Below, piece by piece: positions 1-14,410 of a stretch of 64,000 nt of DNA. The stretch comes from the human T2T-CHM13v2.0 reference genome, Homo sapiens, in the NCBI RefSeq assembly GCF_009914755.1, contig NC_060940.1; one strand, 5' to 3'. How positions within the stretch are numbered: the stretch's first letter is position 1; every line of letters starts with the position of its first letter. The notes below the pieces were generated by a model that was given only the letters and a program-made list of their open reading frames with translations, searched no databases and was not told where the DNA came from. Position numbers and translations under genes: made by a program.

Positions 1-120
1 CAGCTGCCCCCATTCCATGCACATTCAGACAGAGTCACCCAAGGGTACAGGCCAGGAGTCTGCAGCACTCCAGAGATCAGCTCCTGCTGGGAGTCTGGCT
101 TCGCCTCCCCGACTTCTCAC

Positions 121-189
121 CATGGGCTTCCGCTCTGTTCTCTCTGTGTCTCCTTCTGGGCTCTCCTCTTGGGACCTTTCAGGGCTCAT
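121..189 (-). CDS. PRDM7: First coding exon of PRDM7 (PRDM9 paralog), codons 1-23; the gene continues off the left edge
   Basis: Minus strand reads ATG at 189 then MSPERSQEESPEGDTERTERKPM, followed by donor GTGAGA at 120. The acceptor TCCACAG ends at 275 (exon 121-274). The R5 and G13 residues match PRDM7 rather than PRDM9 (MSPEKSQEESPEED) as I recall them. Confidence 0.92.
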
Positions 190-689
190 GGTGCTGGGAC
201 TGTCTAGAAGGCCCTGCTCCAATTCTGAGTGTGGGAAGGGCCCCTGAGTCTCCCAGCTCCTAGGCCAAAGGCTCCTGTGGAAGGAGAAGGTGCTGAGATG
301 GGGCAACAGCCCTGAGCACTACCCAGAACAAGGCTCTGTCTTCTCCATCTGGCTGGGGTGTTCAGAGCAGGAAGACTGGGTTCCTGGTGAGGTCTCGAGC
401 ACCCCAGGGAGGTCTGGGGGTACTGATGGGATGGGAAGGCCTCCACTGGCCATGAGCTGCCACCTAATGTAAGCTGGATTTTGTTCTTTTAGTTCCCCTG
501 CAGCTTGGCTCATTTGGAGAAGGGTGGCACAGGTGCCTGGAGGGTTGTAGCTACCGGTGTTTGAGGGGAGTCCTGAGGTGTGAGAGCCAGAGGAGTCTCA
601 AGGAGACCTTGAGGCCCCCTGACTGCTGGGACTTGGGTCACACTGAGGAGCAGGGTTCTGTTTTAGCGAGGCAAAATGAACATTTTGCA

Positions 690-1500
690 TAGACAGGATT
701 TGGGGATCTCTACTTGGGGATTCTAGAAAAATCCAGGAGTAAAGCAGTCTGCATCTCTAAGGGGAAGCTATCTCTCAGGTTGAGATTTGGGGTCCCTCAG
801 GCTGAGGGGATTTGAGATGTCTTAGACTGAAGAAATTGGGGTTTCTCAGGTTGAGGGAATTTGGAGTATCTTGAGCTGAGGAGCTTTGGTATCCCTCAGG
901 CTGATAGTATTTGTGGTTTTTCAGGATGAGATTAGGGGTCTTTTAGGCTGAAGAGATCTGGGGTGCTCTAGTTGACAGGATTTGAGATTCATCAGGTTAA
1001 GGGGATTTGGGGTTCCTCGGGATGAAAGGATTTGGGATATTTGAGGCTGAGGAAATTCTGGGTCTCGGGTAAAGGAGATTTGGGTCTCTCATTAATGGGT
1101 TTTAGGGTGTTTGACACTGAGGTTATTTGGTCCTTGAAGCTGACGGGGTTGAGTTTTCAGGCTATTTAGGTTATCTGTGGTTGGGGAAATCTGGTCTCTC
1201 TGAGATATTTAGGGTTCCTCAGGCTGAGGTATTTGGGGTGCCTTAGGGTGAGGGAAATTGTGGCTCCTCAGGCTCAGAATATTTGGGGATCTAAGCATTA
1301 GGAGATTCGATGTTCCTCTGGGTGAAGGGATTTGGGGTCTCTGAAGCTGAGGTACTTTGGGGGTTTCATGCTGAGGGGATTTTAAATCCCTCAAGGTGGC
1401 AGGATTTGGGGTCTTTTGAGGCTGAGAGGATTTGGAGCTTCTCAGGGTGAGGGGATCTGGGGTCTCCTAGGCTAAAATTTGAAGGTCTTGGGATGAGGGT
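690..1500. repeat. Degenerate G-rich tandem array (~25-30 bp unit, core GGCTGAGGGGATTTGGGG) in the PRDM7 5' intron
   Basis: Recurrent aggctgag / gatttgggg motifs throughout the interval. Confidence 0.75.
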
Positions 1501-1559
1501 TTACAAGGGTTTCACGCTGCACGACAAAGGCTCCCCATGCTCTTCACAGTCTCCCGTTT

Positions 1560-1960
1560 TCTCCTGCCGCGGTGTTCACCCTGGCCGGGCGTCTTCTTGG
1601 AGCCGCTCAGGAGGTGAGACGCGGTGGGTGCCAGCCTGTAGTGCTGCCAGCCAATCAGCGTTGAGACCAAGGCGAGCCCGCCAATCGGCAGTCAGGAGGT
1701 GCTAAAGGGGCGGGGAGTAGGGCGGAGCCTTGCCTGTCAGTCATGGGCACAACCCGGTTTTGGGCTCAGGAGGTCGGGGAGGGGCCTGGCTTTTCCCGCC
1801 CCTGGGGAAGGTCCCGCCCCTGGGGAAGGTCCTGCCCCACCCCGCTGGGATTGCGTGCAACCATCTGGAATCCTCCCGCGCACAGGCGCAGTTTCGCGGT
1901 TTTATTACTTGGTTTTCCCCAACGCCGGTGTTTCCGACTGAGCCGGGAGTCGGGGCTGCT
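1560..1960. promoter_or_regulatory. CpG-rich promoter of PRDM7, probably with a non-coding first exon ending at ~1580; possibly bidirectional
   Basis: High CpG density; CCAAT at 1651 and 1681; GC box GGGGCGGGG at 1707; 18-bp duplication CCCGCCCCTGGGGAAGGT at 1795-1830; minus-strand donor CAGG|GTGAAC at 1579. Confidence 0.7.
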
Positions 1961-2904
1961 CCTCACTTCCCTCCTCAGGCCTGGGTCTTCTGAGGGGACA
2001 CTGTGTCTTTTTGAATTGCCAGAGTTCTTGCACTGACTCTCATCTGGGAGGGTTGGTGTTCCTTTAACTGTGGTGTAAGTTGGGTATTGTCAGCTGGCTT
2101 CGTTTCTGGATGCTTCAGAGGGCCAGGGTTCTGTACAGGGCCCTTACGGGTGGGTGAATTGTGCTTGGTTTCACACATGTTGTATTAGCTGGCCAATTTT
2201 GGTGTTGTAGTTAGGGCTGTGATCCAATAGATGGTGCTTAAGAGGAACGGCTGCTATCTCCAGCAGCAAGGTTCTTCTGTACTTCGCGTTCGCAGGTGTG
2301 CTTTGCATTGAGACGGGAGAGCGATAGCCCCCCATCAGCTCCTGGACCTTGAGGGGAGCCTCCTGTGATCACTGGCGCCTGCCTGCGTTTCTTTTGTTAG
2401 GTGTTCTGAGCTGCGGGGCTCCCTCGGGCAGAGGCTGCATAGGTCGCCCCCTTTCTGGACTGGCCCTCTGGAGGGAGGCATGCCTCGCTCCCTCGTTGCC
2501 CAGGATCCCACATGTCTCACCTCTCTCAGTGCTCTGAGAGTGGGGGCTCCTGCTCCGTTCGAGTGCTGGCCACAGATCTCCCCCTCGGTATCCCTAGCTA
2601 CGTGCCACAGCCCTGGGGACACCAGGAAGTCCTATGGCTTGGGGTTGGGCTCTCGCTGCGCTGGGGAATCCAATGTGCTCCTGGGTCACGGGGAAGGTAC
2701 TCAGGTGGAGCAATGCACTCAGGCTGGGCTGCAGAGGCTGCACTGTGCACCTACTCTTGCAGAGTGGCTAGGCATGGGCCCTGGGAGGGGCCAGTGGACA
2801 GGAGGACTTGCAGAACGGAGGCACCCAAGTCCCACAGGGAAGCTGCCACTGCTGTCTCCTGGCTCAGACGTCAGCTGCTGCCAGAGTCTCCTCCAATTAA
2901 AATT

Positions 2905-3228
2905 GATTTAATTAGCTTATTGTTCTGCGGGCTGTACAGGAAGCATGATGCTGGCACCTGCTTGGCTTCTTGGGAAACTTACACTCACAGCTGAAGGCGA
3001 AAGGGGAGTCAGCACTTGACACGGCCAGAGCAGGAGGAAGAGAGAAAGATGGGGAGGTGCTATACACTTTTAAACAACCAGATCTCACTGTACAGTTCCA
3101 AAGACGGATGGTGCTAAACCATTCATAAGAAGTTTGTCCTGTGATCCAATCACCTCCCACCAGGCCCGACCTCCAACACTGGGGATTACATTTCAACTAA
3201 GTTTTGGACACAGATCCCAACCAGATCA
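2905..3228 (-). mobile_element. MaLR LTR fragment (MST-type)
   Basis: ggctgtacaggaagcatgatgctggc ... atccaatcacctcccaccaggccc ... ggggattacatttcaa are typical MST LTR motifs. Confidence 0.75.
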
Positions 3229-3289
3229 TTCCATTCTATGGAATGCTACCGTGTAATGCATCATCTATTATCATTAATTCAAAATAAAT

Positions 3290-3600
3290 TAAAGACTGAA
3301 ATGTAAGACCTAAAAGTACAGAACTCCAAGAAGAAAAAAAATAAAATCTTTATAACATTGTAATGAACAATTACTTCCTGGATATGACACCAAAAGTATA
3401 AGCAACCAAAGCAAAATTAGATAGATGGGAGTACATCAAACTTAAAAACTTCTGTGTAGCAAAGGAATCAACAGAGTGACAAGGCAACCTATATAGAAAG
3501 GGAGAAAATATTTGCAAATCATATAACTGGTACGGAGTTAATATCCAGAAACTTATAAAAAAAGTCTTATAACTCAACAACAAACAATAATTTGACTAAA
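3290..3600 (+). mobile_element. Old L1 ORF2 3' fragment
   Basis: gatatgacaccaaaag ... catcaaacttaaaaacttctgt ... gggagaaaatatttgcaaatcatata. Confidence 0.8.
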
Positions 3601-3605
3601 AAATC

Positions 3606-3985
3606 AGGTGGGGTGCAGTGGCTTATGCCTGTAATCGCAACACTTGGGAGGCCAAGGAGGGAGGATTGTTTGAGGCCAGGAGTTTCACATTAGCCTGAGC
3701 AACATTTTGAGGCCTATCTCTACCAAATTATGTTTTTTTAATTAGCTGGGTGTAGTGGTCCATGCCTTAAGTCCAAGTTACATGGGAGGCTGCGGTGGGA
3801 GGTTAACTTGAGCCCAGGAGTTCAAGACTAGCCTGGGCAACATAGGGAGATCCCAACTGTACAAAAAATTAAAAAATTAGCTGGGTGTGGTGGCACTTGC
3901 CTGGAGTCCTAGCTACTTGGGAGGCTGAGGTGGGAGGATTGCTTGAGCCCAGGAGTTTGAGCCTAAAACGAGTTATGGTCACACT
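3606..3985 (+). mobile_element. Old Alu monomer/AluJ-type cluster
   Basis: Alu left-arm motifs repeated (gcagtggcttatgcctgtaatc, gagcccaggagttcaagac). Confidence 0.8.
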
Positions 3986-3989
3986 TTTC

Positions 3990-5900
<1,911 letters not shown>

Positions 5901-6026
5901 TTTGTTAGATTTATACTCAATGAATTGAAATTTTAAAGAATATCATTTACAATAGCACACCCAAAATTTAATTCATTAAATTCAAATTATTCCTATACAT
6001 TATTGGTGATATAAAAAAATCAGCTA

Positions 6027-6205
6027 GGGCTGGGCGCGGAGGTTCTCGCCTGTAATCCCAGCGCTTGGGTGGCTGAGGCGGGAGGATTGCTTGATCCTTG
6101 GAGGCGGAGGCTGCAGTGAGCCAAGGTCATGCCACTGCCTCTCCAGCCTGGGCTACAGAGCAAGCCTCCGTCTCTAAAATAAGAAAGAGAAAAAGAAAAA
6201 GAAAA
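6027..6205 (+). mobile_element. Alu monomer
   Basis: ggctgggcgcgg ... tgtaatcccagc ... gcagtgagcc with an A-rich tail. Confidence 0.8.
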
Positions 6206-6289
6206 TCCATTGACCTTTGTCTACTGGCCATCTATTTTACTTGTTAAAAATCTCCATGCGTTCTGATCAAGGCATGTGATGGTGGGCTC

Positions 6290-6880
6290 GATTTCAGTTG
6301 AAATTTCCAAAATCATGGCCCGGAGTAATCTGGAGGCTGAATTTCAGAGATTCCCGAGGGCTGCCGCGAGGGGGCGCCCAGCCCCTGCTAAACCCGAGCG
6401 CTGCGCGCTTGAGCCGTATCTGATCCGCAAGGCGGCGTTGCGGGGCGTTTACCGTGAGGACAGAGCTTCCTCCCTCAGGACGCGGCTGGGAGAGGCTGCG
6501 GCCTCGGGAGACATGGGGACACTTGGGGCCGCGTCCACAGTGAGACAGGGAGACGCTGCTGCAGCTTCGGGACACCTGGGGCCGCCCAGGCGAAGATGAG
6601 GAAAAAGCTTCCTGTTGCCGTTGAGTGTAGCGGCGGGAGCGCGGCCGTGTTTCCCTGTCCGCCGTTTGTAGCAGGACCTCACTTTATATTAATAAAAGCG
6701 TCCCCTCATGAGGGCTTGGGCTGGTCACCCCCAGCGCAGGCCAAGATGCAGGTTATGGATGTGAGTTTGTTTCTGGGGAGAGACCCTGGTACCGGGAGAG
6801 GAGACGCGGTCAGGAGGCTGGGGACGGGAAGGCGCCACAGCCTGAGGCCAAGAAAACAGGCGCCCCCGGATCAGTGCTCG
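6290..6880 (+). promoter_or_regulatory. CpG island with a CTCF-like motif (cassette copy A)
   Basis: CpG-dense; CCGCGAGGGGGCGC at 6364-6377; similar to 30560-31050 and 40520-40810. Confidence 0.65.
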
Positions 6881-6894
6881 TTTTTTTTGGTTTG

Positions 6895-6960
6895 GTGTGT
6901 GTGTGTGTGTGTGTGCGTGTGCGCGTGCGTGTGCGCGTGCGCGTGCGTGTGTGTGTGTGT
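6895..6960. repeat. (TG)n/(CG)n alternating purine-pyrimidine microsatellite forming the tail of a minus-strand Alu (6961-7248)
   Basis: gtgtgt...gcgtgtgcgcgtgcgtgtgcgcgtgcgcgtgcgtgtgt read directly. Confidence 0.95.
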
Positions 6961-6965
6961 TTTGA

Positions 6966-7184
<219 letters not shown>

Positions 7185-7524
7185 TGATCCACCTGCCTTG
7201 GCTTCCCAAAGTGCTGGGATTGCAGGCAGGCCTGAGCCACCATGCCCTGCTGCTTTTTTTTTCTAAATTAAAAAAAATTTTAGGCTGTCTTTGCTTTGAT
7301 AAAATACATAGGAGTATTTTGTGTGAAGTTGCTGTAACTGCTGGGGAATCTAAGAGAAGGGATAAGTTAAACTTTGCTATTGCAATAATCCTAGAAGAAG
7401 GAAATTATTGTAAATTATAAACAACCACATTAATACCTTGTCAGTAAAGCAGAGACATCAAACTTCATTATAGAGGCCAAACCAATCCAAATCCAGGTCA
7501 GTGGAAGCTGTGTACCAAGCGCCC

Positions 7525-7890
7525 TGCTGTCATGTCAGTATTGCGGCTGTCATATCAGTATTACAGGTGTCATATGAGTCTTAGGGGTGTCATAGTAGTA
7601 CTGTGAGTGTCATCAGTATTGCGGGTGTCTTGTCTGTATCGTGGGCGTCATATCACTGTTGCAGGTGTCCCATCAGTCTTATGGGCATCATATCAGCCTT
7701 ATGGGTGTCATATCATTATTAAGGGTGTCATATGAGTCTTAGGAGTGTCATGAATCTTGCGGGCTTCACATCAGTTTTAAGGGTGCCATAGCAGTCTTGC
7801 CGGTATCATCTCCATTGTGAACGTCACAGCAGTGTTGTGGGTGTCATATCAGTATTACGATATGCCATGATATGTTATACCAGTATGACA
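7525..7890. repeat. Degenerate 20-bp tandem repeat (consensus TGTCATATCAGTATTGCGGG), roughly 17 copies
   Basis: tgtcat recurs with 20-nt period, e.g. tgtcatatcagtattacagg then tgtcatatgagtcttagggg. Confidence 0.8.
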
Positions 7891-7924
7891 CCTCTTCTGA
7901 AAACAGTCATACCTAGACATAGTG

Positions 7925-8330
7925 CTTTGTTTGTTTGTTTGTTTGTTTGTTTGTTTGTTTTGAGACGGAGTCTCGCTGTGTCGCCCAGGCTGGAGTGCAG
8001 TGGTGTGGTGGAGTGGTGTGATCTCTGCTCACTGCAAGCTCCACCTCCCGGGTTCATGCCATTCTCCTGCCTCAGCCTCCTGAGTAGCTGAGACTGTAGT
8101 CTCAGCCACCATGCCCGGCTAATTTTTTGGCATTTTTAGTAGAGACGGGGTTTCACTGTGTGAGCCGGGATGGTCTTGATCTCCTGACCTCATGATCTGC
8201 CCGCCTCGGCCTCCCAAAGTGCTGGGACTACAGGCCGGGAGGCGGAGGTTGCAGTGAGCCGAGGTTGCACCACTGCACTGCACTCTGGGTGACAGAGCGA
8301 GACTCTGTTTTGGGGGAAAAAAAAAACTCA
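7925..8330. mobile_element. Chimeric Alu junction: a minus-strand Alu (7925-8234) fused to a plus-strand Alu 3' end (8235-8330)
   Basis: ...cccaaagtgctgggactacaggc|cgggaggcggaggttgcagtgagccgag... Confidence 0.75.
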
Positions 8331-9159
8331 TACATGGAAAATTCCAAAACATTGCTGAAATAAATTCAAGAAAACTTTTGGCGGAAATTCACAAGCTGAT
8401 CCTATCATTTATATGAAATTTCAAGGGATGCAGAATAACCAACATAGTGTCAAAGAAACCAACTCAGAGGCTCACATTTCCAAATTTCAAATCTTACTAC
8501 AAAGCAACATTAATAAAAACAACATGATTTTGGCATCATCAATGGAATAGATCAATGGAACTGAATTCTGAGTCCAGAAATAAACCCATACTCCTATGAG
8601 CAATTGTTTTATTTTTTGAGGCAGGGCCTCACTCTGTCTCCCAGGCTGGAGTGCAGTGGCACAATCATGACTCACTACAACCTCTATTTCGTGGGCTCAA
8701 GTGATCCTCCCACCTCAAACCTCCCAAGTAGCTGGGACTAGAGGTGTGCACTACCACAGCTGGCTAATTTTTTTTTTTTTTTTTCAGGTAGGGTCTTTCT
8801 CTCCTGCCCAGGCTGGCCTCAAACTCCTAGCCTCAAGTGATACTCCTCTCTTTGTCTCCCAAAGCACTGGGATTACAGGTGTTAGCTACCATGTCCAGCC
8901 TGCTGATTTTTAAAAATGGAATTTCTTTTTCCTTTCTTTTTTTCTCTGGGCATGGTTTTGCTCTGTTTCCCAGATTGGAGTGCAATGGTGCGAACGCAGC
9001 TTATTGCAGCCTCAACCACCTGGGCTCAAGCAATCCTCCCTCCTCCGTCTCCTGAGTAACTAGGACTACAGACATGCACCACCACACCTAGCTAATTTTT
9101 AAGTTATTTGTAGAGAGAGGGTTTCCCTGTGTTGCCCAGACTGGCCTGAAACTCCTGGG

Positions 9160-11250
9160 TACCCAGTCTCAGGTATTTATAGTGATGGGAAAAAAGCTTA
9201 ATACAGAAAATTGGCACAAAGGAGTGGAAAATTGTTATAAGAATACCTGAAAATGTGGAATCAGCTTTGTAATTGGGTAAACAGGCAGAGGTTGGAAGAG
9301 TTTGTAGGATTCAGAAGAAGACAGAAAAATGAGGGAAAGTTGAGATTTTCTTAACTTTGAATGGCTTTGACGAAAATGCTGATAGTGATTTGGACGGTGA
9401 AGGCTGAGCTGAGGAGGTCTCAGATGAAAATTAGAAACTTATTAGGATCGAAGCAAAGGTCATTCATGTTGTCTTAGCAAAGTGGTTGGCTGAATTTCTG
9501 TCATGCCCTAGGGATATATAAAAGTTTGAATTTGAAAGTGATGATTTAGGGTTTCTGTTGAAAAAATGTCTAAGCACTAAAGCATTGAAGATGTGGCCTG
9601 GCTGCTTCTAACAACCTATGCTCACATGTTGGAGCAAAAAAAAGTAAGTTGTAATTTATTTTTACTTGCAAGGGAAGTATAGCGTAAAAGCTTAAAAACT
9701 TTGCAGCCTACTCATGTGGCAGAAAAATAAAAAGCTTTTACAAGAGAGGAACTCGAGCAGGCTGTGGAGCAATCACTTGTTAGAGATATTTGTATAACTT
9801 AAAAAAAAAAAAAAGCAAGTGTTGATAGCCAAGACAATGGGGAAGAGGAATTGAAGGCATTTTAGAAATCTAAAAGGCAGCCCCCCATCACAGACCCTGA
9901 GGCCTAAAAGAAGAGAATAGTTTCTGGGATCAGGCCCAGGAACTGCTGCCTTGGGTAGCCTTAGAACATGGCTCCCTGCATCCTGGCCACTGCTCCAGCT
10001 CCAGATGTAGCACAAATTGGCCCAGTTAAAACTCCAGTCACTGCTTCAGAGGGTGCAAGCCTTAAGCCTTGGTAGCTTTCATATGGTGTTAGGCCTGTGA
10101 GTGTACAAAATGCAAGAGCTGAGACTTGGGAGCCTCCACCTTTACTTCAAATAATGTATAAAAAAGCTAGGGTGTGCAGGCAGAAGCATGCTGCAAGGGT
10201 GGAGCCCTCATGGAGAACCTCTACTAAAACAATGCAGCAAAGAAATGTAGGGTTACAATCCCCATGTGGGTTCCCCACTGGGGCATGGCCTAGTAGATCT
10301 GTGAGGAGAGGATCACTGTCCTCCAGATCCCAGAATGGTAGATCTAGCTACAGCTTGCACTTTGCACATGGAAAAGCCAGAAGCAGACAAAACCAGCCAG
10401 AGGCACGCAATACCAGCCCATGAGAGCAGCTGTGGGGGCTGAACCATGCAAAGCCACAAGGTCTAAACGTCCCAAGGCATTAGTGTGCCCTGGAAATGGG
10501 ACATAGAGTCAAAAATAATTATTTTGGAGCCTTAAAATTCAATAACTCCCCTTCTGGGCTTCAGACTTGTATGGGTCCTGTGGCCTCTTTTTTTTTTAGC
10601 TGATTTCTTCCTTTTAGAATAGGAGTATTTACCCAATGCCTATGCCCCATTTGTATCTTGGAAGCACTTAATTTGTTTTTTATTTTACAGGCTTATAGGA
10701 AGAATAAACTAGCTTTGTCTTAGATGAGACTTTTGACTTTTGAGTTAAGGCTGAAATGAGTGAAGACTTTGGGGATTATTGGGATGTCATGATTATATTT
10801 TGAAATATGAGAAGGATATGAGATTTGGAATGGCCAGGGGCAAAATGATATAGTTTAGGTGTGTGTTCGCACCAAATTCTTATATTAAAATGTAATCCTC
10901 AATGTTGGAAGTGGGCCTAGTGGGGAGGTGATTGAATCATGAGGGCAGGATTTCCATGAACAGTTTGGCATCATTTTCTTTGGTGCCATTCTCACAATAG
11001 TAAGTTTTCATGAGAGCTGGTTATCTACAAGTGTGTAGCACTTCCCCCCACCCTCACACTTACCATGTGATGTGCAAGCACCGGATTTATTTTTCACCTT
11101 GATTGTCAGTTGTCAGAGGCTTCACCAGAAGCAGAAGCCAGTGCTATGCTTTCTGTACAGCCTGTAGAACCATGAGCCAATTAAACCTATTTCCTTTATA
11201 AATTAACCAGTCACCGACTGTTTTTACAGCAATGTGAGAATGGCGTAATA
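9160..11250 (+). mobile_element. MaLR (MST-type) internal region with 3' LTR (~10846-11250)
   Basis: cctgaaaatgtggaa ... ggcagaggttggaagagtttg ... ggagccctcatggagaacctctacta; ggccaggggcaaaaTGATATAG marks the LTR start. Confidence 0.85.
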
Positions 11251-11254
11251 TTTC

Positions 11255-13645
11255 CGTCAAAAAACTGTTAGAAGTAATAACTTGAGTAAATTTGCAGAAT
11301 ACAAAATTAACATATACAAATCAGTAAGATTTCTATATGCCAACAGTCAACAAACTGAAAAAGAATTCAAAAAAGTAATCCTATTTGCAATAGCCACAAA
11401 TAAAACAAAATGTGTGGGAATTTACCAAAGAAATAAAAGTTCTCAACAATTAAAAATGTAAAACACTGATAAAAGAAATGAAAGAGAAGACAAAAAAATG
11501 GAAAGTTATTTCTATGTTCACAGATTGGAAGAATCAGTATTTTAAAAAATGTCCATACGATCCAAAGCAATCTATACATTTCATGCCATCTCTATCAAAA
11601 TAACAATGACATTCCTCACAGAAATAGAAAAAAAATCTGAAATATATATGGAACCACAAAACACCATAATAGTCAAAGCTATTCTGAGTATATAAACTAA
11701 AACTGGAGGAATCCCATTACATGGTTTTAAATTGTACTATCAAGCTATAGTAATTAAAACAGCATGACACTAGAATAAAAAGACATAAAGACAAATGGAA
11801 TGAAACAGAGAACTTAGAAACAAACTCATACAGCTAAACTAATTTTCAACAAAATTGTCAATAACATACAACAAAAAACAAGACAGTTTCTGTAATAAAT
11901 AGGGCTGGGAAAACTGGCAAGCCATAGGCAGAAGAATGAAACTAGAACCCTATTTCTTGCAAAATACAAAAATCAAATTAAAATGAATTAAGGACTTAAA
12001 CCTAACACCTCAAACTATCAAAATTTTACAAGAAAACACTGGGGAAACTCTTTAGGGCATTGGTTTGGGCAAAAATTTCTTAAATAATGCCCCATAAGCA
12101 CAGACAACCAAAGCAAACATGGACAAATGGAATTACAGCAAGTCAGAAAGCTTTTTTAAAGTGAAGGAAACAATAAACAAAGTGAAGAGAAAACCCACAG
12201 AATGGAAGAAAATATTTGTAAATTACCCATCTGAAAAGCAATTAATAGCTACATGATATGGTTAGGCTTTGTGTCCCCACCCAAATCTCATATTGAATTG
12301 TAATCCCCAGGTGTTGAAGGAGAGACCTGGTAGAAGGTGATTGGATCATGGGGTTGGTTTCCCCCAGGCTGTTCTTCTGATAATGAGTGAGTTCTCATGA
12401 GATCCGATGGTTTTATAAGGGGCTCTTCCACCTTTGCTTCACATACATGCTCTCTCGCCTGCCATCATGGAAGAGGTGCCTGCTTCCCGTCTGCCATGAT
12501 TTTAAGTTTCCTGAGGCCTCCCCAGCCATGTGGAACTGTGACTCAGTTAAACCTATCTCCTTTATAAATTGCCCAGTCTCGCCAGGCGCAGTGGCGCATG
12601 CCTGTAATCCCAGCACTTTGGGAGGCTGCGGCGGGTGGATCACGAGGTCAGGAGTTCAAGACCAGCCTGGCCAAGATGGTGAAACCCCATCTCTACTAAA
12701 AATACAAAACTTAGCTGGGCATGGTGTTAGGTGCCTGTAATCCCGGCTACTCAAGAGGCTGAGGCAGAGAATTGCTTGAACCCAGGAGGTGGAGGTTGCA
12801 GTGAACCGAGATCATACCAGTGCACTCCAGCCTGGGCGACAGAGCAAGACTTCATGTGAATACATAAATAGATAAATAACCCAGTCTCAGTTTTTTTATA
12901 GCAGTGCAGAAACAGACTAATACACTACAATATATTGAAGTGAAAAGCTGCTCCACATTACTGATCATTATAGAAATGCAAATCAAACCCAAAATGAGAT
13001 ATCATTTCACCTCAGTTAAGGTGGCTTTTATCCAGAAGTCAGTCAAAAACAAATGTTGCTAATAGCCAAGATTTGGAAGAAACCTAAATGTCCATCAGCA
13101 GATGACTGGATAGAGAAAATGTGGTACATATATACAATGGAGTACTATTCAGCTATAAGAAAGAATGAGAGTCTGTCATTTGCAGTAACAGAAATGGAAC
13201 TGAAAGTCTTTATGTTAAGTAAGTCAGGCACAGAAAGAAAAATGTCACATGTCCTCACTTATTTGTGGGTGCTAAAATTTGAAATAATTGATGTCATAGA
13301 GAGTATAAGGGTGGTTACCAGAGTCTGGGAAGGGCAGTGGGGGAACAGGGGGTTAGTGGGGATGTGAAATGGGTACAAAAAATTGTTAGAAAGAATGAAC
13401 AAGACAGTATTTGATAGCACAACAGGGTGATTATGGTAAAAAAAATTTTAATTATACATTTTATAAAAACTAAAATAGTATAATTGGATTGTTTATAACA
13501 CAAGCTATAAATGCTTGAGAGGACGGATACCCTGTTTTTTATTATGTATTACTCATTACATGCCTGTATCAAAGTATGTCATGTACCCCCATAAATATAT
13601 ACACCAACTATGTACCCATAAAAATTAAAAATTACAATTAAAACC
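11255..13645 (+). mobile_element. L1 (L1MA/L1PB-like) ORF2 3' part and 3'UTR, interrupted by a THE1-type LTR
   Basis: gattggaagaatcagtatt, atatggaaccacaaaa, aacctaaatgtccatca, tatgtacccataaaaattaaaa tail. Confidence 0.85.
12254..12924 (+). mobile_element. THE1-type solo LTR with a nested Alu (12581-~12878)
   Basis: TGATATGG...AATACA termini with 5-bp TSD CTACA (12249-12253 and 12925-12929); the Alu is flanked by a cccagtctc duplication. Confidence 0.88.
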
Positions 13646-14100
13646 AAAGGGAGGAGAGTCTAATGAGGCAGGTGTGACCCATGGCTTGAACTAGCTTTTC
13701 AGGGTAACTTTGGAACGTTTTTATCCAAGAAGAGGGGTCCATTTAGTCAATAGGGGCTTAGAAATTAATTTTTAGTTTGTAAGTGGAAAAAAGAGAATTT
13801 TTAATCCTGAGCCATAGCTCTCAGTCAGTCAGTCCCTGCAGGGAACCCTGTTCTTTACTCTGGAGATAAACACTATTTTTCTTTTCCACTGAATAACACC
13901 ACATTTCAAAATGAGGGGAAACATCTTGAAACTAAGAGGTATGGCCTTATTAAATTTGATTTGGTTTCCATTGTAATTAATTTAATCACATGTGTTCTAG
14001 AGTTTGTCCTCAGTCTTCTACTTTAGGCTCATGATCTGTTGAATTTGCTCAGCTCCCTGCTCAACAGCAGGAAATCAGAATTATTTAAAAGCCTCATTGT

Positions 14101-14410
14101 GGCTGGGAGCAGTAGCTCATGCCTGTAATCCCAGCAATTTGGGAGGCCAAGGTGGGCAGATCACTTGTTGTCAGGGGTTTGAGACCAGCCTGGCCAACAG
14201 AGTGAAACCCCATTTCTACTAAAGATACAAAAATTAGCTGGGTGTGGTGATTCATGCCTGTAATCCCAGCTACTTGGGAGGCTGAGGCAGGAGAATCACT
14301 TGAACCTGGGAGGCGGAGGTTTCAGTAAGGCAAGATGGTGCACTGCACTCCAGCCTGGGCAGTAGAACAAGACTCTGTCTCAAAATAATAATAATAAATA
14401 AAAATAAAAA
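14101..14410 (+). mobile_element. AluS-type element
   Basis: Full dimeric Alu with an (AAAT)n tail. Confidence 0.9.
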
